Positions 28,521 through 37,985 of a stretch of DNA of 64,000 nt are shown here, piece after piece. Positions within the stretch are counted from its first letter, which is position 1, and each line of letters opens with the position of its first letter. The position numbers and the translations under genes were made by a program. Source of the DNA: an uncultured Lachnospiraceae bacterium (GTDB taxonomy: Bacteria; Bacillota; Clostridia; Lachnospirales; Lachnospiraceae); NCBI GenBank assembly GCA_944383545.1, contig CALWPY010000003.1, forward strand, positions 175,698 through 239,697. Direction: 5' to 3'. The notes beneath the pieces are model-generated. The model was given only the letters and a program-made list of their open reading frames with translations. It made no database searches and was not told the origin of the DNA.

Positions 28521-28645
28521 ATGATGACAGGGTCAAAAGGTCTTAACCCACATGAGCTTGCTCATAAGTGGGTAGGATTGTGGGAGTGTGCAGCATGGAA
28601 CAATCCGTAGGCATCATAGTTGGGGGCTTTTGACCCCAACATCAT
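28521..28645 (+). other. Unassigned structured element: a long-range helix enclosing two hairpins; strand uncertain
   Basis: P1 pairs 28521-28526 with 28640-28645 (ATGATG/CATCAT) and 28530-28539 with 28627-28636 (GGGTCAAAAG/CTTTTGACCC, perfect 10 bp). P2 is 28547-28572 (11 bp with a 2-nt bulge). P3 pairs 28575-28581 with 28600-28606 (GGATTGT/ACAATCC). I recognise no known family. Confidence 0.45.
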
Positions 28646-28689
28646 TATGAGTAAAAAATTATATAAGCTCACAGAGAAAGGAATATATT

Positions 28690-29790
28690 ATGGCAGGTTC
28701 GGTATTCGGAAATATTTTTAAAATATCCACATGGGGAGAGTCACACGGTGCAGGTCTTGGAGTAGTCGTAGACGGATGTCCTGCGGGACTTACCTTAGAT
28801 GAAGAATATATACAGAGTTTTCTTGACAGGAGAAAGCCGGGACAATCCCGATTTTCAACACAAAGAAGTGAATCTGACAGGGTAAAAATCATGTCAGGCA
28901 TTTTTGAAGGGAAAACTACCGGTACTCCTATTTCCATGATGGTTGAAAACACTTCGCAGCGTTCCAAAGACTACGGAAACATAGCATACTGCTATCGTCC
29001 GGGACATGCTGATTATACATTTGATGAAAAATACGGTTTCAGGGATTACAGAGGCGGTGGCCGTTCCTCAGGAAGAGAAACCATAGGCCGTGTAGCAGCA
29101 GGTGCCATAGCTGTTAAAATCTTAACCGAACTCGGTATTACATTTACCACCTATGTACGTTCAATAGGCACATATGAAATAGACTATGATAAATTTGATG
29201 AGGCGGAAATAAATAACAATCCTCTTTACATGCCCGATGCACAATGTGCCGAAAAAGCTGCACTTTACCTTAAAGAAACAATGATGAACAGGGATTCTGC
29301 AGGCGCCGTTGTGGAATGTATCGTAAAGGGCACCCCTGCCGGAATAGGCGAGCCTGTATTTGACAAACTGGATGCAAGGCTTGCACAGGCAGTAATGTCA
29401 ATAGGTGCCGTAAAGGCAGTCGAAATCGGAGACGGTGTTAAAGTTTCACTTTCAAACGGCTCTAAAAACAATGACACCTTCTCGATTAAAGATGATAAAG
29501 TTATTAAAAACACAAACCATGCAGGAGGAATTCTCGGTGGAATAAGCGACGGCTCAGACATTATACTGAGAGCTTCATTTAAGCCTACGGCATCCATATT
29601 TCAGCCTCAGCAGACCGTGACAAACACACACGAAGAGACAATACTCGAAATAAAAGGCAGACACGACCCTATCATAGCTCCGAGAGCTGTTGTGGTTGTA
29701 GAAGCCATGACTGCCATTACAATACTTGATGAGCTTATGATTAACTGCACATCAAAGTTGGAAAACATCAAAAAAATATATAATAAATAA
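28690..29790 (+). CDS. aroC: Chorismate synthase
   Basis: MAGSVFGNIFKISTWGESHG..., RPGHADY and GGGRSSGRET motifs. Confidence 0.95.
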   Translation: MAGSVFGNIFKISTWGESHGAGLGVVVDGCPAGLTLDEEYIQSFLDRRKPGQSRFSTQRSESDRVKIMSGIFEGKTTGTPISMMVENTSQRSKDYGNIAYCYRPGHADYTFDEKYGFRDYRGGGRSSGRETIGRVAAGAIAVKILTELGITFTTYVRSIGTYEIDYDKFDEAEINNNPLYMPDAQCAEKAALYLKETMMNRDSAGAVVECIVKGTPAGIGEPVFDKLDARLAQAVMSIGAVKAVEIGDGVKVSLSNGSKNNDTFSIKDDKVIKNTNHAGGILGGISDGSDIILRASFKPTASIFQPQQTVTNTHEETILEIKGRHDPIIAPRAVVVVEAMTAITILDELMINCTSKLENIKKIYNK

Positions 29791-29802
29791 AAAATATTAT
29801 CT

Positions 29803-30351
29803 TTATATGCTCTTTCCTAATTCATAAGCCTGATTTACTTCAGGCTTATCTTTAATTTCACCTACTTTGAAATTACCTCCTGCAAGGATATGTCCGAGAT
29901 TTTTCCAGCGCAGGTGCTCCATGAGATGGTCATAATAAAGAATAACATCATCAAAACCATGACCTTCTGCAGCCATTAAAAGTGCTGAAGCTTTGTTATT
30001 TCCTCTGAGAAGATTTTTGTCACCCTCTTCCAAAGCAAAGAGCCGGTCAAATGCAGTCCTTAACTGACCACTCATATTCCAGTAGTATAAAGGCGACGCA
30101 AGTATAACAACATCCGCTTCTTTAACGACAGGATAAATTTTAATCATGTCATCCTTTTGAACACACGGACATTCTTTTGTATTATTACCGCCAAGACATC
30201 CTTTACATCCGTGAATGTTCATTTCATCCAGAAAAAACTCAGTAACCATGTTTCCCACGCTCTCTGCACCTTCTGTAAATGCTTTTACGAGGGCAGATGT
30301 ATTTCCGTTTTTATGGGGACTTCCGTTAAGTATAACAATTTTTTTACTCAT
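29803..30351 (-). CDS. Flavodoxin-fold NAD(P)H-dependent FMN reductase, iron-sulfur-flavoprotein-like
   Basis: ILNGSPHKNGNTS FMN-binding start, plus a compact Cys cluster HGCKGCLGGNNTKECPC. Confidence 0.7.
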   Translation of the reverse strand: MSKKIVILNGSPHKNGNTSALVKAFTEGAESVGNMVTEFFLDEMNIHGCKGCLGGNNTKECPCVQKDDMIKIYPVVKEADVVILASPLYYWNMSGQLRTAFDRLFALEEGDKNLLRGNNKASALLMAAEGHGFDDVILYYDHLMEHLRWKNLGHILAGGNFKVGEIKDKPEVNQAYELGKSI

Positions 30352-30478
30352 ACTAAATCTCCTCTTCTTTCTTTAATAATTGACTTTTCTTAATGTCTAT
30401 ACTAGAATTATAACAATAATTATACTTAATACAAGTACACACCTTAAAGTGCGATACTTACCTAAAGGAGAGTGTAAA

Positions 30479-30811
30479 ATGAATAAACGATGCATAGCTG
30501 ATGAATGTCTTAAGAACACAGGATTCAGTTATACCCTTTCATTAATTAACGGGAAATACAAGATGACCATTCTCTATACCCTTATGGAATTTGGGATAGT
30601 GAGATTTAATGAAATGAAAAAATATATTGGAGAAATTTCATATAAAACTCTTAGTTCTACTTTAAAAGAATTAGAGGCAGACGGACTGATAAACAGGAAA
30701 GAATATCCCCAGATTCCGCCTAAGGTTGAATACAGCCTTACCGAAAAAGGCAAATCGCTTATTCCAATCTTGGACGGAATGTGCGAATGGGGAGATAAAC
30801 ACAGAGGATAG
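30479..30811 (+). CDS. HxlR-family winged-helix transcriptional regulator
   Basis: VRFNEMKKYIGEISYKTLSSTLKELEADGLINRKEYPQIPPKVEYSLTEKG. Start chosen at the ATG at 30479, with an AAAGGAG SD. The track ORF extends upstream to 30380 with no supporting signal. Confidence 0.85.
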   Translation: MNKRCIADECLKNTGFSYTLSLINGKYKMTILYTLMEFGIVRFNEMKKYIGEISYKTLSSTLKELEADGLINRKEYPQIPPKVEYSLTEKGKSLIPILDGMCEWGDKHRG

Positions 30812-30821
30812 ATGTATAATA

Positions 30822-30869
30822 AAAACTCCATGTAAAATTTAGTTTATACTAAAATTTACATGGAGTTTT
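30822..30869. terminator. Bidirectional terminator between the hxlR-like gene and metY
   Basis: Inverted repeat of ~21 bp, AAAACTCCATGTAAAATTTAG / CTAAAATTTACATGGAGTTTT, with one mismatch. T-runs flank it. Confidence 0.85.
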
Positions 30870-30877
30870 ATTTTTAA

Positions 30878-32149
30878 TTAAATCTGCTCCAAAGCCTGAC
30901 TTAAGTCAGCTATTATATCATCTACATCTTCTATTCCTACCGAAAATCTTATCAGTTCAGGAAGTACTCCCGATTCAATGAGCTGCTCGTCTGAGAGCTG
31001 TCTGTGTGTGGTGCTGGCAGGATGTAAAACTGAAGTTCTTGCATCTGCAACATGTACAACGATTTTAGCAAGCTTAAGGCTGTCCATAACCTTCATTGCG
31101 GCTTCCTTACCACCCTCTACTCCAAATGAAATAACTCCGCATGAGCCATTCGGCAGATACTTCTTTGCACGCTCATGGTATTTATTACTCTTTAAATCAG
31201 GATAATTAACCCATTTAACTTTACTGTGGCTTTCAAGAAATTCAGCAACCTTTCTTGCGTTCATGCAATGTCGCTCTACTCTTAAATGAAGAGTTTCAAG
31301 ACCAAGTCCAAGGAGAAAAGCATTCATAGGAGACGGCGTCGACCCAAGGTCTCTCATAAGCTGTGCCCTTGCCTTCATAATATATGCTGAAGTTCCAAAA
31401 TCACGGGTATAAACAACTCCGTGATAGGATTCATCAGGCTCTGTAAGTCCCGGATATTTTCCCGTATTCCAGTCTGTCTTTCCGCTGTCAACAATCACGC
31501 CGCCAAGTGCAACTGCATGTCCGTCCATATACTTGGATGTAGAATGTATAACTATATCAGCGCCGTATTCAAAAGGCCTGCAATTAATAGGTGTTGCAAA
31601 AGTATTGTCAACTATAAGTATTATACCCGCTTCATGAGCAACCTCTGCGAACATCTCCAAATCAGGAATCTCAAGGCCCGGATTAGATAATGTTTCAGTA
31701 AAAATAAGCTTAGTATTATCCTTAATTTTTTCTTTAAGCTCTTCTTTTGATATATCAGTAGGAACAAAGGTACATTCAATTCCCATTTTTGCCATTGTAA
31801 CACCTAAAAGATTAAAAGTACCCCCGTAAACTGCATTTGTAGCAATTATATTATCACCGGCACCTGCCACGTTTAATATTGAAATCAGGGTTGCAGCCTG
31901 TCCTGACGAAGTAAGCAATGCTCCGACACCGCCCTCAAGTGATGCAATTCTTTCTTCAATAGCAGCTAATGTAGGATTACCAAGCCTTGTATACATAAAA
32001 CCCGGCTCCAGGTCAAAAAGCTTTGCAACATCAGCACCGGTTTCATAATAATACGTCGTACTCTGGGCTATCGGAAGCACTCTTGGCTCACCTGACTTGG
32101 GATTATATCCCTCCTGAACGCATCTTGTGTTTATATTATATTTATCCAT
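30878..32149 (-). CDS. metY: O-acetylhomoserine aminocarboxypropyltransferase / sulfhydrylase (PLP-dependent)
   Basis: Cys/Met-metabolism PLP family with PLP-lysine context HSTSKYMDGH. Length is 423 aa. Confidence 0.85.
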   Translation of the reverse strand: MDKYNINTRCVQEGYNPKSGEPRVLPIAQSTTYYYETGADVAKLFDLEPGFMYTRLGNPTLAAIEERIASLEGGVGALLTSSGQAATLISILNVAGAGDNIIATNAVYGGTFNLLGVTMAKMGIECTFVPTDISKEELKEKIKDNTKLIFTETLSNPGLEIPDLEMFAEVAHEAGIILIVDNTFATPINCRPFEYGADIVIHSTSKYMDGHAVALGGVIVDSGKTDWNTGKYPGLTEPDESYHGVVYTRDFGTSAYIMKARAQLMRDLGSTPSPMNAFLLGLGLETLHLRVERHCMNARKVAEFLESHSKVKWVNYPDLKSNKYHERAKKYLPNGSCGVISFGVEGGKEAAMKVMDSLKLAKIVVHVADARTSVLHPASTTHRQLSDEQLIESGVLPELIRFSVGIEDVDDIIADLSQALEQI

Positions 32150-32166
32150 GTTATACCTCCTGAAGT

Positions 32167-33060
32167 TTACGATTTAACAGCTCCTGCTCGCGGATGAGAT
32201 TTATCATATACTTCCTTAATTCTGCTGTTCTTATTTTTAAGATAAATCTGGGTTGTGGAAATATCGGAATGTCCCAGCATTTCCTGTACAGCCCTTAAAT
32301 CAGCTCCATTGTTTACTAAATGTGAAGCAAAAGAATGTCTTATCATATGTGGTGTAATATCTTTATCTATTCCTGCACGCTTTGCATACAGCTTAATAAT
32401 CTTCCAGAAACCCTGTCTTGTCATTGGCTCCCCTTTACAATTAGTGAAAAGATACATATTATTTTTACACATTTCAGGTCTTACTTTATTTACATAGTTT
32501 TCTAAAGCATATTTTGCCGCATCCTCAATCGGAATTATTCTGTCCTTGCCTGTGTCATGACAATTTATGTAATTTAATTTTAAATTTATATCCGTTATTT
32601 TTAAAGATATAAGTTCTGAAACTCTGAGTCCTGTAGCATAAAGAAGCTCAATCATAGCCTTATCCCTTATTTCTTTAGAAGTATTTTTGGAAGGCTGCTC
32701 AAGCAAAAGATTAACCTCTTCTACAGTAAGAATTTCCGGTGCCTTCTTTTCAATTTTAGGAGGTTTCAGAAGCTCAGCAGGATTTTCCGCCATGATTCCT
32801 TCTCTCATAAGAAAAGCAAAAAAAGATTTAAGACTTGCAATATTTCTTGATACGGTCGCTGAACTTTTTCCTGACTTTTCCAGATGAAGAACATAAGTAC
32901 CCAGAGATGTAGCATTGATACCATGCACATCATCAATTCCTGATTTCTTCATAAAGTCATACATCTTCGTTAAATCCCGTCTGTATGAAGAGACAGTATT
33001 ATCACTGGAATGTTTGACATTTTTCAGATAGTTAATATAGTTTTTTATCTGTTCTTCCAT
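32167..33060 (-). CDS. xerD: Site-specific tyrosine recombinase XerD/XerC type
   Basis: SAM-like N-domain. Catalytic residues are in ATGLRVSEL, HMIRHSFASHL and LGHSDISTTQIY. Confidence 0.85.
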   Translation of the reverse strand: MEEQIKNYINYLKNVKHSSDNTVSSYRRDLTKMYDFMKKSGIDDVHGINATSLGTYVLHLEKSGKSSATVSRNIASLKSFFAFLMREGIMAENPAELLKPPKIEKKAPEILTVEEVNLLLEQPSKNTSKEIRDKAMIELLYATGLRVSELISLKITDINLKLNYINCHDTGKDRIIPIEDAAKYALENYVNKVRPEMCKNNMYLFTNCKGEPMTRQGFWKIIKLYAKRAGIDKDITPHMIRHSFASHLVNNGADLRAVQEMLGHSDISTTQIYLKNKNSRIKEVYDKSHPRAGAVKS

Positions 33061-33242
33061 AGATTTCCTCTTACCGTATCAGTACGCCCAAAATTCATAA
33101 GTAATATACGATAAATTACCTCTAATTTACCGATATGTTACAGTATAATTACAAATTTACATAAAATCAATAACTATTTTTTATGTAATCAAAGCAAATT
33201 TGTTACATTTTATAATTTTTCGCAAAATAAAGTGGTTATTTT

Positions 33243-33803
33243 TTAATCAAGTACAATATATTGATAAAAATTTTTTAAAAAAAATCTGTTAATTATTAAT
33301 TCAGATCCGACTCCCAATAAAAATACCAAAAGATTTATAATTACAAATTTCAGTTTTGCCCCATTACCGGAAAAAAAACTTCTCTTATGGGAATCACTGT
33401 AATATTCTGATAACAACTTAATATTTATGCAGTAAAATACAAAATGAGGGAAGAAACACAAAATTGTATATATTACTCCCGTAATTCCCCGATAATATGT
33501 CTCAACAGAAACAAGCAGTCCTATTATCACTCCTGCTAATCCTATAAGAACAGCTAAGATTAAATCAGTCTTAATGAATTTAAAAAGTAGTATAATTATG
33601 ACAAGCTGCTTAATTCTCTGGAAAACAGTAACCATAAAAACCGAAAGGTTTTCTTCTGACAATGTAGAATTTACGGCAGACATGTCTATTCCTAAATATC
33701 TGAGACTACAGCCTGAGACTATCAGATAATTTGCAATAAAGGATGCGGCAGCAATAGAAAACAAAAAAACTATAATTCTTAACCGTGTTTTATCCATAGT
33801 CAT
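33243..33803 (-). CDS. Polytopic membrane protein, SpoIIM-like (assigned by position)
   Basis: 186 aa with ~5 predicted TM helices. The nudix - spoIIM - xerD order is conserved in Clostridia. I could not verify any diagnostic motif by eye. Confidence 0.4.
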   Translation of the reverse strand: MTMDKTRLRIIVFLFSIAAASFIANYLIVSGCSLRYLGIDMSAVNSTLSEENLSVFMVTVFQRIKQLVIIILLFKFIKTDLILAVLIGLAGVIIGLLVSVETYYRGITGVIYTILCFFPHFVFYCINIKLLSEYYSDSHKRSFFSGNGAKLKFVIINLLVFLLGVGSELIINRFFLKNFYQYIVLD

Positions 33804-33823
33804 ATCCGGCCTCCAAAAATAAA

Positions 33824-33851
33824 ATTAAGGAGCATTATTTTGCTCCTTAAT
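33824..33851 (-). terminator. Hairpin downstream of the Nudix gene
   Basis: ATTAAGGAGCA / TGCTCCTTAAT 11-bp stem, with a T-run on the minus strand. Confidence 0.7.
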
Positions 33852-33876
33852 TTATATGCATAATTTTAATCATATA

Positions 33877-34422
33877 TTACAGGATATTTCTGGACTTCAT
33901 ATCCGTATATGCCAGTATTGCTATTACAGTTTTGCTGTCTGTTATCTTATTTGAATATACTGAATTTAAAGCTTCTTCATGAGTCATTTTTACTATTTCC
34001 ATATATTCATCAGCATCACGGTTAATATTTCCTTTTTTCAAATTCGTCCCGATATATACAGATGTCTTTTCATCCAGGACACCTATTGCAGCTACCACGG
34101 TGTTAATAAAATAAAGTTTTTCCGGTATAAGGCCTGTTTCCTCCTCTGCTTCACGAAGTGCACAGACCTCAGGATTCTCTTCGGGAAATCCCTTACAGCC
34201 TGCAGGTATTTCAATACTTATATCATCTGTGACATTTCTGTACTGTTTAATGAATACAAGATTTTCTTCATTATCCACAAGAAGAATACCTGCTCCGTCC
34301 CGGTTTTTAACCAAATCATATTCAACCAGTTTGCCTGAAGGTGTTCTTAAAATATCTTTATATACACTTACCCTGTTTGCCTTATAGACAAGCTCTGTCT
34401 TAACTTTTTCAAATCTTAACAT
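33877..34422 (-). CDS. NUDIX hydrolase (ADP-ribose pyrophosphatase-like)
   Basis: Nudix box GCKGFPEENPEVCALREAEEETGL. Confidence 0.85.
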   Translation of the reverse strand: MLRFEKVKTELVYKANRVSVYKDILRTPSGKLVEYDLVKNRDGAGILLVDNEENLVFIKQYRNVTDDISIEIPAGCKGFPEENPEVCALREAEEETGLIPEKLYFINTVVAAIGVLDEKTSVYIGTNLKKGNINRDADEYMEIVKMTHEEALNSVYSNKITDSKTVIAILAYTDMKSRNIL

Positions 34423-34425
34423 GAC

Positions 34426-35625
34426 TTATTCCAGATTATTTAAAAATGCTTCTATTCTGTCTAAACCATTTTTAATCTGCTCCATAGAAATTGCATAAGA
34501 AAGTCTTATGTGATTTTCAATTCCAAAATCATCACATGGAATTACCGCAGTATTATATTCATGAATAAGAATATCAGCAATATCTGCTGCAGATGTGATT
34601 TTTCTTCCTTTATGTTCTTTACCGATAACTTCTTCAAAGTCTACAAATGTATAAAAAGCTCCCTTTGGCTCTACGCATGAAATATACGGCATATTGCATA
34701 TTCTTTCATACATATACTCTCTTCTTTCGCCAAATTCCTTAACCATTTCCTTTAAAGGCTCCTGAGTGCCTACAATAGCCTCATATGCTGCCTTTTGTGC
34801 AATCGAATTAGGATTTGATGCCTGATGGCTTTGCACTGAACTCATCAGCTTGGAAATTTCAAGAGGTGCGCCCGTATATCCGATTCTCCAACCTGTCATG
34901 GCATAACTCTTAGATACTCCGCACACGGTAATTGTTCTCTTATATATTTCATCTCCCAGAGAAGCAATGCTCACATGCTCGTTACCATCGTAGATAAGAT
35001 ATTCATACATTTCATCAGAAACCACAAAAATATCATTTTTTACGGCAAAGTCAGCTATTTTCTGAAGTTCCTCTCTGGTATAAATCATACCTGTTGGATT
35101 GTTTGGTGTATTCAGAACAAGAGCTTTTGTTTTTTCTGTAAGCGCCGCCTCCAACTCTTCTATTGTCGGCTTATATTCATTTTCCTTTTTTGCATTCACT
35201 ATGACCGGCTTTCCATCACAAAGCTTTATCATTTCAGGATAGCTGAGCCAGTAAGGTGCAGGTATGATTACCTCATCACCCGGATTAAGTATTGCAGTAA
35301 ATACATTTGTAAGTGAATGTTTTCCTCCATTGCTTATAACAATTTGCTCAGGTGTGTAATTAACCTTATTAAATTCAGCAAACTTCTTTGACAAAGCCTG
35401 CTTTAATTCAGCAATTCCGGAAACCGGAGTATATTTTGTAAAGCCGTCATTAATTGCTTTAATCGCTGCGTCGCATACATTATCAGGTGTATTAAAATCC
35501 GGCTCTCCCGCTCCAAAGCCCACTACATCAATTCCCTGTGACCTAAGCTCCTTAGCCTTTGCTGTAATAGAAAGGGTAGAAGAAGGTTTAACTGATTTAG
35601 CTTTTTCCGATAATACTGTTGACAT
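34426..35625 (-). CDS. Aspartate/aromatic aminotransferase (PLP-dependent, class I)
   Basis: SKSYAMTGWRIGY PLP-lysine motif. Start set at the ATG at 35625 (MSTVLSEKAK...), which has an AGGAG SD. The track start at 35691 adds 22 residues with no supporting signal. Confidence 0.85.
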   Translation of the reverse strand: MSTVLSEKAKSVKPSSTLSITAKAKELRSQGIDVVGFGAGEPDFNTPDNVCDAAIKAINDGFTKYTPVSGIAELKQALSKKFAEFNKVNYTPEQIVISNGGKHSLTNVFTAILNPGDEVIIPAPYWLSYPEMIKLCDGKPVIVNAKKENEYKPTIEELEAALTEKTKALVLNTPNNPTGMIYTREELQKIADFAVKNDIFVVSDEMYEYLIYDGNEHVSIASLGDEIYKRTITVCGVSKSYAMTGWRIGYTGAPLEISKLMSSVQSHQASNPNSIAQKAAYEAIVGTQEPLKEMVKEFGERREYMYERICNMPYISCVEPKGAFYTFVDFEEVIGKEHKGRKITSAADIADILIHEYNTAVIPCDDFGIENHIRLSYAISMEQIKNGLDRIEAFLNNLE

Positions 35626-35662
35626 AATATACACACTCCTTATAAATTTTCGACTAGATACC

Positions 35663-35691
35663 AATATAATATATAAATCCATGTTTTTCAA
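35663..35691 (-). promoter_or_regulatory. Sigma-A-type promoter for the aminotransferase gene
   Basis: On the minus strand: TTGAAA (35691-35686), a 17-nt spacer, then TATATT (35668-35663). Confidence 0.5.
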
Positions 35692-35706
35692 GAAAAAATT
35701 TAAAAA

Positions 35707-35744
35707 CCCCTGAGAAAACCGAATAAAATTCAGATTCTCAGGGG
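35707..35744 (-). terminator. Hairpin downstream of rny
   Basis: CCCCTGAGAA / TTCTCAGGGG 10-bp stem. Confidence 0.6.
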
Positions 35745-35765
35745 CCTCAATTTCATAAATTAATC

Positions 35766-37316
35766 TTATTTTGCATAATCAGTGACTCTTGATTCACGTA
35801 TAAGGTTAACTTTTATCTGTCCCGGATAATCTAATTCTTCTTCAATCTTCTTAGAAATATCACGAGCCAGAAGCACCATATCAGAGTCAGATACCTGCTC
35901 AGGAACAACCATAATTCTGATTTCCCTACCTGCCTGAATTGCAAAGGACTTATCTACACCCTTAAATCCATTAGCAATATCCTCCAGCTTTGTAAGTCTG
36001 GTAGAATATGATTCCAATGTTTCTCTTCTTGCACCCGGACGGGCAGCCGAAATTGTATCGGCAGCCTGCACTATACAAGCTATTAAACTTTCAGGCTCTA
36101 CATCTCCATGATGTGCCTCAACAGCATTTATAACTATTGCTGATTCCTTGTACTTTCTACATAAGTCTACACCAATGCTTATGTGTGAGCCTTCCATCTC
36201 ATGATCAACTGATTTTCCAATGTCGTGAAGCAGACCTGCACGCTTTGCAAGTCTTATATCTACACCAATCTCTCCGGCAAGGAGTCCGCTAAGCTGGGCA
36301 ACTTCTATGGAATGCTTGAGCGCATTCTGCCCGTAACTTGTTCTGAACTTCATCTTACCGAGTAATCTTACTAATTCAGGATGTATTCCATGAACACCCA
36401 CCTCAAGAGTGGCAGCTTCTCCTTCCTCACGTATCATTGTTTCAACTTCTTTTTGTGCCTTTTCAACCATTTCTTCTATTCTTGCAGGATGAATTCTTCC
36501 GTCTACTATCAGTTTTTCAAGAGCAATTCTTGCAACCTCTCTTCTGATAGGGTCAAAACTTGAAAGTATAACGGCTTCCGGAGTATCATCAATAATCAAA
36601 TCAACTCCTGTCATAGTTTCAAGCGTTCTGATATTTCTTCCTTCTCTTCCTATGATTCGACCTTTCATCTCATCGTTAGGAAGCTGTACAAGTGAAATAG
36701 TAGTTTCTGATACGTGATCGGCAGCACATTTCTGAATAGCTGTAACAACGTAATCTTTTGCCTTCTTATCGGCTTCTTCTTTTGCTTTAGACTCTAATTC
36801 CTTGATCATGACTGCGGTTTCGTGTTTAACATCGTCTTCAACAGTCTTTAATAAGTATTCCTTTGCCTGTTCAGAGGTATAACCAGATATTCTTTCCAGT
36901 TCCTGCAGCTTTTTAGCTTCGAGTTTTTCCACTTCAGTCTTCTTTTTACTGAGTTCAGATTCCTTAGCCGAAAGCGAAGCTTCTCTTTTTTCAACAGCCT
37001 CTGTCTTTCTGTCAAGGTTTTCTTCTCTGGATAAAACCCGCTTTTCCATACGCTGAATTTCATTTCTGCGGTCTTTTACTTCCTTTTCGATTTCGTTCTT
37101 AGTCTTAAGAGCTTCTTCTTTAGCTTCCAGAAGTATTTCGCGCTTTCTTGCTTCAGCAGTCTTTAATGCATCATCTATTATCTCTCTGGCCTTGTCTTCT
37201 GCTTTTCCAACCTTTGCTTCTGCAATATTCTTGCGATATGCAATAGCAACAAACCAGGTAGCGAGGACAGCCACAACAACTATGATTACAAAAATTACTA
37301 TGGTAGCTGTATCCAC
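35766..37316 (-). CDS. rny: Ribonuclease Y
   Basis: N-terminal TM helix, a coiled coil, a KH domain ([11 protein letters not shown]) and an HD domain (LLHDIGK). Confidence 0.95.
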   Translation of the reverse strand: MDTATIVIFVIIVVVAVLATWFVAIAYRKNIAEAKVGKAEDKAREIIDDALKTAEARKREILLEAKEEALKTKNEIEKEVKDRRNEIQRMEKRVLSREENLDRKTEAVEKREASLSAKESELSKKKTEVEKLEAKKLQELERISGYTSEQAKEYLLKTVEDDVKHETAVMIKELESKAKEEADKKAKDYVVTAIQKCAADHVSETTISLVQLPNDEMKGRIIGREGRNIRTLETMTGVDLIIDDTPEAVILSSFDPIRREVARIALEKLIVDGRIHPARIEEMVEKAQKEVETMIREEGEAATLEVGVHGIHPELVRLLGKMKFRTSYGQNALKHSIEVAQLSGLLAGEIGVDIRLAKRAGLLHDIGKSVDHEMEGSHISIGVDLCRKYKESAIVINAVEAHHGDVEPESLIACIVQAADTISAARPGARRETLESYSTRLTKLEDIANGFKGVDKSFAIQAGREIRIMVVPEQVSDSDMVLLARDISKKIEEELDYPGQIKVNLIRESRVTDYAK

Positions 37317-37385
37317 AGGAGCACCTCCTTATTAAGTTTTCATCGTACAGATGTACAACACTTAAAGTTTAAATGTTTTTATGCA

Positions 37386-37985
37386 TTATGTCAAGTACTT
37401 CTTGACCGTGCTTATGTAGAATCCCCTGCGTATCATATAAGAATATATCCTTCTTCTGGTACCTTCATCATTCAGGTCTGCATTCCTGTATCTTTTTTCC
37501 AGAATTTCTTTTATTAATGCTTCTTCATCAATGGAATTATCACTATAAATTTCATTTGCCGCTTCTTCTATCGTATTTACAGAAATCCCCTTCATCAAAA
37601 GCTCGTTTATAATAAGCTGTCTGCTTTTCTTTTTCATGTAGCCCATAAAATATGCATAAGCATATCTTTTGTCATTCAGATAGTTATAATCATACAGTTT
37701 ACATATAACTTCATCTGTAATATCTTCTGTATAGTCTTTATTTTTAAGCTTAAATGCTATCTCAGAGGCGCAGTATTCTTTTACGGAAAGAAGCTTAACA
37801 GCCTTATTAAAAGCCCGTCTTATAAGTGTTTCCCTTATTTTTTCATAAACCTCATCCGTTACTTCCTTATCTTCCTGAAGTGAAAAATTTCTTATATCTG
37901 AGGCATATACGGGACCTATATAATTATCATCAATATAAAGCTCTGTATAAGTATTCTGATGCTTTTTTAGTCCGGTAACAGTCAT
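37386..37985 (-). CDS. recX: Recombination regulator RecX
   Basis: Three-repeat helical protein lying immediately after recA. Its start codon overlaps the last base of the recA stop. Confidence 0.8.
   Translation of the reverse strand: MTVTGLKKHQNTYTELYIDDNYIGPVYASDIRNFSLQEDKEVTDEVYEKIRETLIRRAFNKAVKLLSVKEYCASEIAFKLKNKDYTEDITDEVICKLYDYNYLNDKRYAYAYFMGYMKKKSRQLIINELLMKGISVNTIEEAANEIYSDNSIDEEALIKEILEKRYRNADLNDEGTRRRIYSYMIRRGFYISTVKKYLT

Noticed and set aside
28659-28967. 102-aa minus-strand ORF overlapping the aroC start.
   Set aside because: It is antisense to the highly conserved chorismate synthase N-terminus. It has no SD and no recognisable motif.
30380-30478. N-terminal 33-residue extension of the HxlR ORF given in the track.
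   Set aside because: The extension is hydrophobic and low-complexity and has no SD. The internal ATG at 30479 has a good SD and gives a canonical-length HxlR protein.
32167-33060. Tyrosine recombinase as a possible marker of an integrated mobile element.
   Set aside because: It sits in the conserved housekeeping nudix / spoIIM-like / xerD arrangement and has its own sigma-A-type promoter. It has no flanking direct repeats, no tRNA target, and no excisionase or phage or conjugation genes. It reads as a chromosomal XerD/XerC.
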